A stretch of 63,984 bases of DNA, filler included, from Bdellovibrionota bacterium (GTDB taxonomy: Bacteria; Bdellovibrionota; Bdellovibrionia; Bdellovibrionales; JAEYZS01): the NCBI GenBank assembly GCA_963169515.1. It is 6 parts of 6 records of this genome, joined end to end, with 100 filler letters (N's around TTAATTAATTAA, not from the genome) between each part and the next. Parts side by side here need not be neighbours in the genome. Positions count along the whole stretch, not along the records: positions 35,250 to 54,180 come from CAUJEF010000065.1; 5 more parts are not named here. The stretch is one strand, 5' to 3'. The notes below the pieces were generated by a model that saw only the letters and a program-made list of their open reading frames with translations, ran no database searches and was not told the DNA's origin. Numbering within the stretch: position 1 is the stretch's first letter; each line of letters starts with the position of its first letter. The translations under genes were made by a program, and so were the position numbers. Shown piece by piece: positions 37,218 through 46,823 of this stretch.

Positions 37218-38117
37218 CTAAAGATCCTTCTGCTGTTCCAATGCCTTCAAGAAAACTTGGGCGGATTTCATATTGCTTTTTGTTTTATTGATGTAGCAAA
37301 CCAAATCGTATTCGTATTTGAAATCTTCGACCTGAACGCGCTTCAGACGACCGGTTTGCACTTGCTTTTTAATACTGTGACTCGGCAGAAAGCCCCAACC
37401 GATTCCGGATTCAATAATCCGTTTTACGGTTCCCACGTTTGACGACGAAAATACCGGATTTACTTTGTCGCCAATTTTTTTCAGCGCCTTCAGTAAGGTA
37501 TTTTCAAAACCGGGATACTCACCAGTCAAAGTAACCACCGGATGGTTTGGGAAATCTCGTAAATTAATTGTATTTGGTACCGCGTCCGAATTTGATGTCA
37601 CAAGCCACATTTCATCACGCGAGATCGGCAGCTTTTCACAATCTTCCGGGTCTTCACCATATTCATTAACAGCGTTTGGCAATAAGACGATGTCATAATC
37701 GCCCTTGCCAATATTTTTAATTAAATCGCCGCCCTTTTGGTACTCTAATTCTAACTTTACATTCTTGTTATTTTTCAAGAACAAAGAAAAAATGGATCCC
37801 AGTAAATGTAATCCCAACGAGTTCAGGGTGGCAACCCTAAGCGGGCCAGATACTTCGCCACCCATGGTTTGGATCGCGACTTCGGTTTCCTTAACTAATC
37901 TAATCACTCTTTGAGCATAATCGAACAATAACGTGCCCTGCGGAGTAGGTTGAATTTTACGGACACCGCGGACGAGCAAATCGACTCCTAGGTACTCCTC
38001 AAGTTGACGAACCTGTTGGCTGACCGCCGGCTGAGTTAGAAATAATTTTTGGGCTGCAGCCGTCATGCTCTTCTCAATAAGAACCGTGCAGAATGTAATT
38101 AAGTGCTGAAGATTCAT
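37218..38117 (-). CDS. LysR family transcriptional regulator
   Basis: SMTAAAQKLFLTQPAVSQQVRQLEEYLG HTH. Confidence 0.95.
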   Translation of the reverse strand: MNLQHLITFCTVLIEKSMTAAAQKLFLTQPAVSQQVRQLEEYLGVDLLVRGVRKIQPTPQGTLLFDYAQRVIRLVKETEVAIQTMGGEVSGPLRVATLNSLGLHLLGSIFSLFLKNNKNVKLELEYQKGGDLIKNIGKGDYDIVLLPNAVNEYGEDPEDCEKLPISRDEMWLVTSNSDAVPNTINLRDFPNHPVVTLTGEYPGFENTLLKALKKIGDKVNPVFSSSNVGTVKRIIESGIGWGFLPSHSIKKQVQTGRLKRVQVEDFKYEYDLVCYINKTKSNMKSAQVFLKALEQQKDL

Positions 38118-38280
38118 AGTTTTTCCCAATCCCTCAAGTCTTGCTCTACCGCAGCAACCGTATTGCCGTAGAATCAGAGATTTTTATATCATAAGTAATA
38201 CTTATGGCAGTTCTAAAAACATTTGTTTTGTAATTTTTATTCCATACGACTAAATCATTCGCAGGGATAGGGGGGAATCC

Positions 38281-40155
38281 ATGAGGGTGGATTTTAAGAG
38301 GGGTGTTCTAGTTTTTGGTTTATTGATAGGCAGCATGACGATAACGGCGTGTGCGCCGAAGAAACGAAATAACGAATTCATAAAAAAAGATCTCGGCGTT
38401 CTAATTCAGGTTAGCGACCCTAGCGAATTACAAGCGCTGCCAGCCGATGTAAAAGCAGAACCCATCATACAAGGGTCTGACATCTATCGCGTTGTCGATA
38501 TGGATATAGAAGATATCAAAGCATTGCTCCCAAATGCAACAGTTGCGGAAGATGCTTTTGTACAAACCGATCCTACCTCACCAAGCAACGATCTCGATCT
38601 CAATGATGACTTTTTTAAAGTCCGAAACTGCGACCCAAAGGCAGAAAAACCATTGCCTGTGATAGACCTTGCCAGCAGTACAGATAAGTTCATGCTTGAT
38701 TCTGTTAAATTAGGATCTGGGGCGATTCGATTTACTGCCACGAAGAGCCTAAACTCTGACGAACTTAAAGTCGCTCTCAAAAAAAATCCAACCTTCCGAA
38801 ACTATATGCTAACAGACAAAAATGGAATCTCCTTACTTAAAAATCAAGGCAACATCGTAACGGATGCTTTGGACGCTATCGCTAGTATTTTTAATGGTAA
38901 CAAAAAAAAATCTGCCACCTCGACTGAGCCCACAAAACCAACCGCTCCACGTTTAGCATTTGAGTGGCGCGTAATCTCCCCATTGAAATCAAAAGTACCA
39001 GTAAAATACATCAGCCAAACAGAGATTGAATTCACTCCAGATCGTACAGGATCATATGACATCATGTTGCGCGTAGATGATAGGGTTTCACACGGTTGTT
39101 TAATTTCACAACCACTCACAGTAGGCGCCACAGAAAATGTAAATTTTAAGGGTGCCGCAAGCGTAGACAGACCGTTTAATGCCACCGACCGTTTAGATTT
39201 CGCACACATTCCAGCCCTGCAGGCCGAGCAAGCCTGGAAAAAAACTCGCGGCCAGGGCGTTACGATAGCGGTTCTTGATTCGGGCGCAAACTATAATCAC
39301 CCGGAATTAAGTTCTAATATTAAAATTAATGAAAAGGAAATCCCCAATAATAACCTGGATGATGACAACAATGGTCTGGTCGATGATGTGTACGGTTGGG
39401 ATTTTCTATTTAAAGATAATCAACCATGGGATGATAACTCTCACGGTACGCATGTGACGGGACTTGCTGCCGCTCGAAATTTTGGTGTTGCAAACCGCGC
39501 AAAAATTCTGGTTGTCAAAGTAGGCACGCCAACAGGACGCACACCGTTTGGACAATTGATCGCTGGAATTAAATACGCCGTCGATCAGGGCGCTGATGTG
39601 ATTAACCTGTCTCTGGGAATTACTGGCGGGGCTCCGGAGCTTCGTGCGATGGCAAAAACTGCCTTTGATTACGCAGAATCAAAGGGGGTTGTGATCGTGA
39701 CCGCCGCTGGAAACGACAGCACCCCACTTCGCCCCATCAGTAACGACGTCGTTGATTCGATTCCTGCAAATCTTGAAAATGAAAACAACATTGCAGTAGC
39801 TGCAACGGATTTATACGGTCAATTGACGTCTTACTCGCAATTCGGGATAAAAAATGTCGATGTTGCAGCACCAGGTGGGACAGATACAGATCCCTTGCGC
39901 TCAATTTTCAATGCAACAGATGTTGCTCCCTTTATTAGGTACGCTGGGACGTCTATGGCAACCCCGATTGTAGCCGGAACAGTTGCTTTGGTGTTATCCA
40001 TAAACCCAAGCCTGACTCCTGCAGATGTACGCAATATCTTATTAGCAACATCGACCCCAACCGCCGCACTTAAGGACAGAGTTACTTCAGGCGGAATGAT
40101 CAACGCAAATCAGGCTGTCGAATCTGCTGGCATAAAGCCACTGGCTTTTAATTAG
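38281..40155 (+). CDS. Subtilisin-like S8 serine protease, lipoprotein
   Basis: ITAC lipobox; AVLDSG, HGTHVTG, AAGND, GTSMATP. Confidence 0.93.
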   Translation: MRVDFKRGVLVFGLLIGSMTITACAPKKRNNEFIKKDLGVLIQVSDPSELQALPADVKAEPIIQGSDIYRVVDMDIEDIKALLPNATVAEDAFVQTDPTSPSNDLDLNDDFFKVRNCDPKAEKPLPVIDLASSTDKFMLDSVKLGSGAIRFTATKSLNSDELKVALKKNPTFRNYMLTDKNGISLLKNQGNIVTDALDAIASIFNGNKKKSATSTEPTKPTAPRLAFEWRVISPLKSKVPVKYISQTEIEFTPDRTGSYDIMLRVDDRVSHGCLISQPLTVGATENVNFKGAASVDRPFNATDRLDFAHIPALQAEQAWKKTRGQGVTIAVLDSGANYNHPELSSNIKINEKEIPNNNLDDDNNGLVDDVYGWDFLFKDNQPWDDNSHGTHVTGLAAARNFGVANRAKILVVKVGTPTGRTPFGQLIAGIKYAVDQGADVINLSLGITGGAPELRAMAKTAFDYAESKGVVIVTAAGNDSTPLRPISNDVVDSIPANLENENNIAVAATDLYGQLTSYSQFGIKNVDVAAPGGTDTDPLRSIFNATDVAPFIRYAGTSMATPIVAGTVALVLSINPSLTPADVRNILLATSTPTAALKDRVTSGGMINANQAVESAGIKPLAFN

Positions 40156-40222
40156 CAGATCAATGTCCAGGTCTATCTCTCTAATTATTGAATAAAAGCC
40201 ATTGTTTAACTACACTGGCTTT

Positions 40223-40975
40223 ATGGCACAACGTCTTAAGAAAACTCATCTTTTCGCAATTCTATTAACCTTGATTTCGATGGACGCTTCGGCAGAGCTC
40301 TTTTCTAATTCTTACGTGAGCTTCCAACTTCCACCCCGCTGGAAATGCGACCAAGAAGGCACCGAATGGATCTGTCGAAGCACAAACAAAGAAGAAGCAC
40401 GACAGGCAATCATTGTCTTGACGGCAAAAGAAGTCGGGGCCAACGACAGTATTCCTGCTTATCTCGCTTATTTAAAACAACCAAAATCAACCCCTGGCGC
40501 CGGTCAAAAACCGACCATGTCCATTGTAAAAGACGTTCGTACTCGTAAGATTCAAAACCAGGATTGGATCGATGGACTACACTTAGGCAGCGAAATTGCA
40601 AATTATTACACTCGATACCTCGCGACTGTAAAAACAAATATTGCGGTACTTGTAACTTTCAGTGCCCATCAAAAATTTTATACTCGCTACAGTAACGATT
40701 TCTTTGCAGCGATCAATTCCCTTGTCGTCAAAGGCGTCGCCCTTCCAGATATGAATGTGGGAAAGGCCTATCCGGGGCTCGGCGGCGTAATCGGCCCTGG
40801 CCTTGGCAATGTTGGCGGTGGTGACATTATTGCAGACGAGGACTATGTCGACGCCGACACTGAACCTTCAGACACAAAACAATATTTGTTTTTGTTCGGA
40901 ATTATTTTACTTGCTATTGGTGCGTACTTTTTCATTAAGCAGAAACAAAAAAAGGATCAGCAGCGTCCGTTTTAG
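40223..40975 (+). CDS. Exported protein with C-terminal membrane anchor, hypothetical
   Basis: Signal peptide; C-terminal TM helix followed by a basic tail. Confidence 0.75.
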   Translation: MAQRLKKTHLFAILLTLISMDASAELFSNSYVSFQLPPRWKCDQEGTEWICRSTNKEEARQAIIVLTAKEVGANDSIPAYLAYLKQPKSTPGAGQKPTMSIVKDVRTRKIQNQDWIDGLHLGSEIANYYTRYLATVKTNIAVLVTFSAHQKFYTRYSNDFFAAINSLVVKGVALPDMNVGKAYPGLGGVIGPGLGNVGGGDIIADEDYVDADTEPSDTKQYLFLFGIILLAIGAYFFIKQKQKKDQQRPF

Positions 40976-40982
40976 ACTGGTC

Positions 40983-42380
40983 TTACTGCGCGTCGACGAT
41001 TTCGACCTTGCCCAGGTCATGAAGTTGCGACGCCACTTGATCCTTGTTTGAATAAATCAATATTTTAAGATCCGTGGGGTTAAAATACTTTTTAATGGCT
41101 TTGTTTATCTTATCTGTCGTTATCTTGCTTAGATTCTTTTGAAAATCTATTAGATATGAATCCGGAACACCGTATACTCGCAACACAAGCAGGTTGTACG
41201 CAAACCGCTCTGGCGTTTCTATGATCTGCGGAAAACTTCCACTTAAATAGGCCTTTGCATCTTGTACTTCAGAGTCCGACACTCCGTTATTGTAGAAATC
41301 TTTGTATGTCGACATCACTTCCTGAAGGGTCTGTCTTACTGCGCGATTTTGTGTGAACGTCTCGATCACAAAAACCCCCTGATCCTTGCGGGTATCAAAC
41401 TCGCTATCAATGCTATAGGTTAACCCCGCCTTGACTCTCACATTTTTTACAAGACGACTTGAAAACCCATCCCCTAGAATAGTGTTCGCAACCTTGACTT
41501 CAAGATACTCTGGGGTTTGCCGCGATATTCCTTGGCCTCCCAACAAAATCTGCGATTGAACCAGACTATCTTTGTGAACAAGACGAATATTTGTTCCTTT
41601 AAATGCAGCGAGTTTTGGGAATGAAAGTTTGCTTACGTCTCGCTCTTTCCAGCGGCCGAAATATTTCTCCAGCTGGGGTTGAATATCATTTGAAAATTTT
41701 CCAGTTACGACAAGCCAGCTATTTTGCGGACTAAAATGTTTAATGTAATGGGAAATAATATCTTTCCTGCGGATTGAGCCTACGGAAGCAGTTTCACCTA
41801 ATTGCGTCTTTCCATACGGATGACGCCCATAAAAATATGAATAGAACAATTCATTTGAATAAGAGCTCGGATCATCTACACGCTTTTTAATTGCCGCAAG
41901 AAATTGTTTTTTTTCTCGAACCACCTCTTCCCGTGCAAAGCTTGGATCAATCACAATTTCAGACATATTTTCCAGCGCTTTGTCTTGGTTCCAAGAAAGT
42001 GCGTTGAGAGTTAGATACGAGTAATCTGCAGACGTGTCAGACGATATACTCATCCCCAACTGTTCAAGATCTTCTGCTATTCTTGACGCCGATCGGGTCA
42101 ATGTTCCCTTTTCCAACATATGTACTGTAAACGCAGTCAAACCCGATTTCCCATCTGGATCGTGGGCGAATCCCACATTCAAGAGCAAAGACAAATTAAT
42201 ATACGGAAGCCGTTTATCTTCAACAAGCAAAACACGAAGACCATTTGTTAACTTAGTTTCCTTATAATCACGCAGTTGAAACTTCTGTTCACGGGCCTTA
42301 GATAACTCTGCGGCCTTCTTTTGCTCTGATGAACAGCCAAGCAACAAAGTAACTAAAAAAATCACTCCCAATTTATACAC
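40983..42380 (-). CDS. M16 peptidase family, non-catalytic subunit (lipoprotein)
   Basis: LTNGLRV, HMLEKGT lacking HxxEH, SSRL...VR...GLTY; LLGC lipobox. Confidence 0.88.
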   Translation of the reverse strand: MYKLGVIFLVTLLLGCSSEQKKAAELSKAREQKFQLRDYKETKLTNGLRVLLVEDKRLPYINLSLLLNVGFAHDPDGKSGLTAFTVHMLEKGTLTRSASRIAEDLEQLGMSISSDTSADYSYLTLNALSWNQDKALENMSEIVIDPSFAREEVVREKKQFLAAIKKRVDDPSSYSNELFYSYFYGRHPYGKTQLGETASVGSIRRKDIISHYIKHFSPQNSWLVVTGKFSNDIQPQLEKYFGRWKERDVSKLSFPKLAAFKGTNIRLVHKDSLVQSQILLGGQGISRQTPEYLEVKVANTILGDGFSSRLVKNVRVKAGLTYSIDSEFDTRKDQGVFVIETFTQNRAVRQTLQEVMSTYKDFYNNGVSDSEVQDAKAYLSGSFPQIIETPERFAYNLLVLRVYGVPDSYLIDFQKNLSKITTDKINKAIKKYFNPTDLKILIYSNKDQVASQLHDLGKVEIVDAQ

Positions 42381-43733
42381 TTATTTTTCCTTTTTCTGCT
42401 GCAGATGAATAATGGTTCTTTGAGATGGGTTTAAAAATTTTTCGGCTGTGGCGCGAACTTCTTCCGGTGTAACGCTCATATATTTTTCAATATCCGAAAA
42501 AAGTTTTGAATAAGATCCAAACAAAACTTCATTAGACGCAAGCGCTCGCCCCCGACCACTGAAACTCTTCAATGACCCCACCAGCTCCATAACTATATTA
42601 TTTTTTGCCTTTTGGATTTCCTTTTCCGAACAAAGTTTATTTCTTAAACTCCAAAGCTCCCCATCTACAATTTTCTTAGCAGACGTCAGCATTCCGGCTT
42701 TTTTCACAGGATCCTTTTCTGGTCTCAACGAATACATAATTTGAAACAGATCCAATTCTTGCAAACCAAAAGTATAAGATGAAACCCCTGTCGCCAGCTG
42801 GGATTCGTACACAAGACGCCTATGCAGACGACTCGAATTCCCCTGTCCTAGAACTTTTACAAGTACTTCGAATACATAGGATTCCGGAGAACCTATTCTC
42901 GGGATCAAATAGGTATAGCTCACATAGTCGCTCTGCGTGTCCTTATACAAATTCTCTATTTTTTCTTTTATATGATCAGGCTCTTGGACATACGGAAGCC
43001 GATCGATTTTTTGTGCATCAAGTGCGCCATAATATTTTTTGAGCAACGATTTCACACTGCCAATCTGAATATCCCCAACGATCACCACAACGGCATTATT
43101 AGGGGCATAGAATCGCCTATAAAAATCCATGGCTTTATCTACCGTTATGCGATCAAGGTCTTCCATCCAGCCGATTACGGGCCAACGATACGGGTGATTC
43201 AAAAGCCCGAATTCAAAGATGGCTTCAAATAGGCCGCCCAAGACATTATTGTCGTAGCGAAAGCGGCGCTCTTCTTTCACGACTTCCCGTTCACTATCTA
43301 ACATCTCTTTTGACAGCTTCAAATTCACCATGCGATCAGACTCGATATCCATTGCCAAATCTAATTTTGAACTTGGAAGGTTTAAATAATAGCCCGTGTA
43401 ATCACGGGTCGTAAATGCATTGAAGTTCCCCCCATTCGCGCGCAACACATTTGAAAACTCATCACCGGAATATCGCTTGGCACCCTTAAACATCATATGT
43501 TCAAAAAGATGGGCCATCCCAGTAAATCCCTTCTCTTCATCCTTCGAGCCAACGCGAAACCATGTATTATAGCTGATCAGGGGAACCGAATTATCCTTTT
43601 GCAGAATAACCGTAAGCCCATTGTTAAGAGTGACCTTCTCTATTGGGAATTGAATTTGCGACAAAACATCGGTGGCGTTTGCGACATTAAACAAGCTAAA
43701 ACACACCAAGATGAACGAAATCATTGAAGACAT
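42381..43733 (-). CDS. M16 zinc peptidase, catalytic subunit
   Basis: GMAHLFEHMMFKG, NAFT, EREVVKEE. Confidence 0.93.
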   Translation of the reverse strand: MSSMISFILVCFSLFNVANATDVLSQIQFPIEKVTLNNGLTVILQKDNSVPLISYNTWFRVGSKDEEKGFTGMAHLFEHMMFKGAKRYSGDEFSNVLRANGGNFNAFTTRDYTGYYLNLPSSKLDLAMDIESDRMVNLKLSKEMLDSEREVVKEERRFRYDNNVLGGLFEAIFEFGLLNHPYRWPVIGWMEDLDRITVDKAMDFYRRFYAPNNAVVVIVGDIQIGSVKSLLKKYYGALDAQKIDRLPYVQEPDHIKEKIENLYKDTQSDYVSYTYLIPRIGSPESYVFEVLVKVLGQGNSSRLHRRLVYESQLATGVSSYTFGLQELDLFQIMYSLRPEKDPVKKAGMLTSAKKIVDGELWSLRNKLCSEKEIQKAKNNIVMELVGSLKSFSGRGRALASNEVLFGSYSKLFSDIEKYMSVTPEEVRATAEKFLNPSQRTIIHLQQKKEK

Positions 43734-43781
43734 TTGTTTAGTATATCCGCACGCGCCAGTGGTCACAACGGAGTTTAAGGT

Positions 43782-43865
43782 AAAAAAAAAGCAGTCTTGG
43801 AGGGGATCTAAGACTGCTTTTTAAATTTTAAATCGTGGGGCGATTTAAAGAGGGGGTAAATTTAA
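43782..43865 (-). ncRNA. Candidate small RNA with C-rich loops
   Basis: Downstream of a sigma54 consensus; hairpins 43827-43849 and 43786-43822; U9 tail; no ORF. Confidence 0.6.
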
Positions 43866-43876
43866 CTAATTACATA

Positions 43877-43891
43877 GCAATCACTGTGCCA
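43877..43891 (-). promoter_or_regulatory. sigma54 (-24/-12) promoter
   Basis: TGGCACAGTGATTGC(T), matching TGGCAC-N5-TTGCW. Confidence 0.75.
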
Positions 43892-44106
43892 AAGATTGCA
43901 CTTTGGCAACATTTGTAAATTTCCATCTTAGATTAAATACTTAAATATTCGCGTCAAAATTATTTTTTATAATTGATCTAGTTCCAAAATGGGTTATGTG
44001 CTGCTTTATATTTAATCTTCTAATTCATTTTTCCATTATATTACAATAGTTTATGAATAAAAGTCCCAATGTTGAACCGGCCATCAAAGTGGTACCATTA
44101 ACTTTA

Positions 44107-46134
44107 TCAAGGCTGTGGAAATCCGTCTCGTTCTAGCATTGCCTCTACCCTTGGGGGACGACCTGCAAAATTAACATATGCTTTCATTGGTTCGACTGAG
44201 TCCCCAACCTCCAAAACACTATGCAAAAATCGAGTTGCTGTTTTTGGATTTAACAAACCTTCGGATTTAAAAATGATGAAAGCATCAGCATCCAAGACCT
44301 CTGCCCATTTGTAGGAATAATATCCAGAACTATACCCACCACTAAAAATATGGGAAAATGACGCCGAGTTTGAAACATCCCCAACCTCTTTAAAAACCAA
44401 AACAGGATCTAGGAGTTTCTTTTCAATCGCATTCAGACTTCCCGCTTCACTTAAAAGTTTTCCCGAATGCCAGCCCATATCCAGTAATATAAAGGCAATT
44501 TGTCTCATGGCTTGGCTTGCAGTACGAAATCGTCGAAAACGGACAAGCCCCTCGACATAGTTTTGCGGGATCGGTTTTCCGGTCTTATGATGAAATGCAA
44601 ATAAATTTAAAATCTCTTTTTCGTAAAAAAAGTTTTCCATAAATTGCGATGGAAGTTCAACAAAGTCCCAGAGCACATTTGTTCCACCAATCGACGCATA
44701 TCTTGCTTTTGTTAACATACCATGAAGCGCATGCCCAAATTCGTGGAACAGGGTAACCGCTTCATCAATCGTAAGCAACAGCGGTCTCCCATCTTCAGGT
44801 TTTGTAAAGTTCGTGTTGACACTGATCGCGGGGGGAACTCGTTCGCCTTTCTTGTGGTACGAAGGGGTGATTTGCATCATCCACGCGCCATGTTTTTTTG
44901 TTTCTAGGCGAGTAAAGGGATCAACTAAAAGATAAGCCAATAAATTATTTTTTTGATCGAAAACCTCGAAGGCTTCGGTATCGGCTTCATACAATGGCAA
45001 TCTTGTGCTTTTTACAAATCGAATTCCATAAAGCTTTTCCGCCATCTGGAAAAGGGCATTCAGAACTTTGCCATAAACGAGGTATTCCTTAAAGACCTCT
45101 TCGTCGAAGGCATATTTTTCTTCGAGCAGTTTGCGCGACCAATATGATCTGTCCCAGATATCATGCTTCTCACTGCCAGTTTTTGCTTTGATAAAATCTC
45201 GAAGCTCTTTTTCTTCCTTTTCTGCAAAGGGTCTATACGCCTTGGTCAACCGATCTACAAAATCGTCAACTGTTTCCACCGTTTTGGCCATACGCTCTTC
45301 CAAAACATAGGCCGCATAGGTGGTGTAGCCCAAAATTTGCGCCAGTTCGTTTCGTAACTGCGCAATTTTAAAAACATTATTCGAATTGTCGTACTTGTCT
45401 TTATAGGCTCGGCGATTCCAGCCGAAATAAAATTTCTTTCGTAGCTCACTATCTTCGGACTTTTCCATGACTTCTATATAAAGCGCGGGCTCAAGAGTGG
45501 CCAAATAACCATCTCGTTTTTCAGCCCTGGCGTTGGATTCGAGTTTTGAAATTACTTCGCTCGACAGGCCCTTCAATTGCGATTCTTTTACATCGAGCTT
45601 AAACTCCATCGTAGATCTTTGGATATTCTGACCGAATTCAACTGTTAGCTTTGCAAGTTCCTGGCTTATCTCTTTAAATCTTTTTTTCTTCGCTGGATCT
45701 AAGTTGCATCCCGTTCTAATAAACCACTTGTAATAGTTTTCGACCAACCGCTGCTGATCCTGTTCCAGTCTCGACCGAACTTGATACACCTCGTTTACCT
45801 TGCGGAACAAATCCACATCAGAAAATAACTCTGTATTAAAATCGGAAATCATGGCTGCGATTTCAGGTTCAATTTTCTTAAATTCGTCAGAAGATTTCGA
45901 CAGGCCAAACATACCATAGATCTCTTGAACTTGGCTGTTTTTCCGAAGCGAATCTTCAAATGGCAAAATAAAGTTTTCAAAAGTAGGCTTTGGGATTTTC
46001 TTAAGCTCGACTGCGGCACTTCTGGTTCGAGAAATCAGCTCCTTTACGGCAGGCAAAAAATGCTTTGTCTCAATTAAGTTAAACGGCGGAAATTCACCTT
46101 CTAAAAATCTAGAATCAAGAATTGGATTAGACAT
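44107..46134 (-). CDS. M3 family oligopeptidase/peptidyl-dipeptidase (Dcp/PrlC-like)
   Basis: TLFHEFGHALHG, DFVELPSQFME, FSHIFSGGYSSGYYSYKWAEVLDAD. Confidence 0.95.
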   Translation of the reverse strand: MSNPILDSRFLEGEFPPFNLIETKHFLPAVKELISRTRSAAVELKKIPKPTFENFILPFEDSLRKNSQVQEIYGMFGLSKSSDEFKKIEPEIAAMISDFNTELFSDVDLFRKVNEVYQVRSRLEQDQQRLVENYYKWFIRTGCNLDPAKKKRFKEISQELAKLTVEFGQNIQRSTMEFKLDVKESQLKGLSSEVISKLESNARAEKRDGYLATLEPALYIEVMEKSEDSELRKKFYFGWNRRAYKDKYDNSNNVFKIAQLRNELAQILGYTTYAAYVLEERMAKTVETVDDFVDRLTKAYRPFAEKEEKELRDFIKAKTGSEKHDIWDRSYWSRKLLEEKYAFDEEVFKEYLVYGKVLNALFQMAEKLYGIRFVKSTRLPLYEADTEAFEVFDQKNNLLAYLLVDPFTRLETKKHGAWMMQITPSYHKKGERVPPAISVNTNFTKPEDGRPLLLTIDEAVTLFHEFGHALHGMLTKARYASIGGTNVLWDFVELPSQFMENFFYEKEILNLFAFHHKTGKPIPQNYVEGLVRFRRFRTASQAMRQIAFILLDMGWHSGKLLSEAGSLNAIEKKLLDPVLVFKEVGDVSNSASFSHIFSGGYSSGYYSYKWAEVLDADAFIIFKSEGLLNPKTATRFLHSVLEVGDSVEPMKAYVNFAGRPPRVEAMLERDGFPQP

Positions 46135-46161
46135 TGATTGATTTTATATAATTTTATGGAA

Positions 46162-46638
46162 TTACTGAACGATAAATTCATTAAAATAGACTTCTTTGAT
46201 GACGCCCTCATTCATGCGCGAATTTAAAGTCGAAGCAATTTGATCCTTTAGGAAAAGTTTCCCTTGTAAAGTCTCAACATCATCAAACTTCTTTGAGTGT
46301 AAAATACGCACTATTGCATCGCGTGCTTCTGGACCAAGATCCACTACCTCTTCAAAGCCCTTTTCGTCCAACATTTCTAAGGATATTTCGGTTTGAATAA
46401 TTCGGCGGGGATATCCGTCCAAATTCACTGTTATCTTGTCCATCGTGTAAACGATTGGATTACTTTCACGATTCTGGCGCTCAATCGCAAACTTGGGGAT
46501 TTCCAGTTCTTCTCTTATTTTTGAGTCTTTATAGCCCACGGTCGCAGTATAGACAAAATAGAGTCCTGTAATCATACAAGAGAGATTGACCGTAAGGTAA
46601 ATAATCGTGAACAGGTGTCTTTTTATTTTAATTAACAT
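46162..46638 (-). CDS. fliL: Flagellar basal body-associated protein FliL
   Basis: N-terminal TM; ITVNL, ARDAIVRIL, GKLFLKDQI, VYFNEFIVQ. Confidence 0.9.
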   Translation of the reverse strand: MLIKIKRHLFTIIYLTVNLSCMITGLYFVYTATVGYKDSKIREELEIPKFAIERQNRESNPIVYTMDKITVNLDGYPRRIIQTEISLEMLDEKGFEEVVDLGPEARDAIVRILHSKKFDDVETLQGKLFLKDQIASTLNSRMNEGVIKEVYFNEFIVQ

Positions 46639-46648
46639 CTTACCTTAG

Positions 46649-46676
46649 ATATCGGCCAGCTGGCGGAAGGTCTTGA
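46649..46676 (-). promoter_or_regulatory. sigma28 (FliA) promoter
   Basis: TCAAG-N15-GCCGATAT upstream of fliL. Confidence 0.7.
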
Positions 46677-46823
46677 AGCCGCTCCATCCTTTTTTCATTT
46701 ATGGCTAACTTTTAAACATTTTTTGCATCATGCAAGAGGAAATCCCATTTTGGGACTTTGTTGACACACGGAATTTCCCGATTAACAGTTGATATTAGTA
46801 ACAGTTGAAAAGTGGGACAATTA

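Noticed and set aside
40983..42380. M16 peptidase lacking HxxEH as a pseudogene
   Set aside because: Catalytic plus non-catalytic M16B pairs are a well-known heterodimer arrangement
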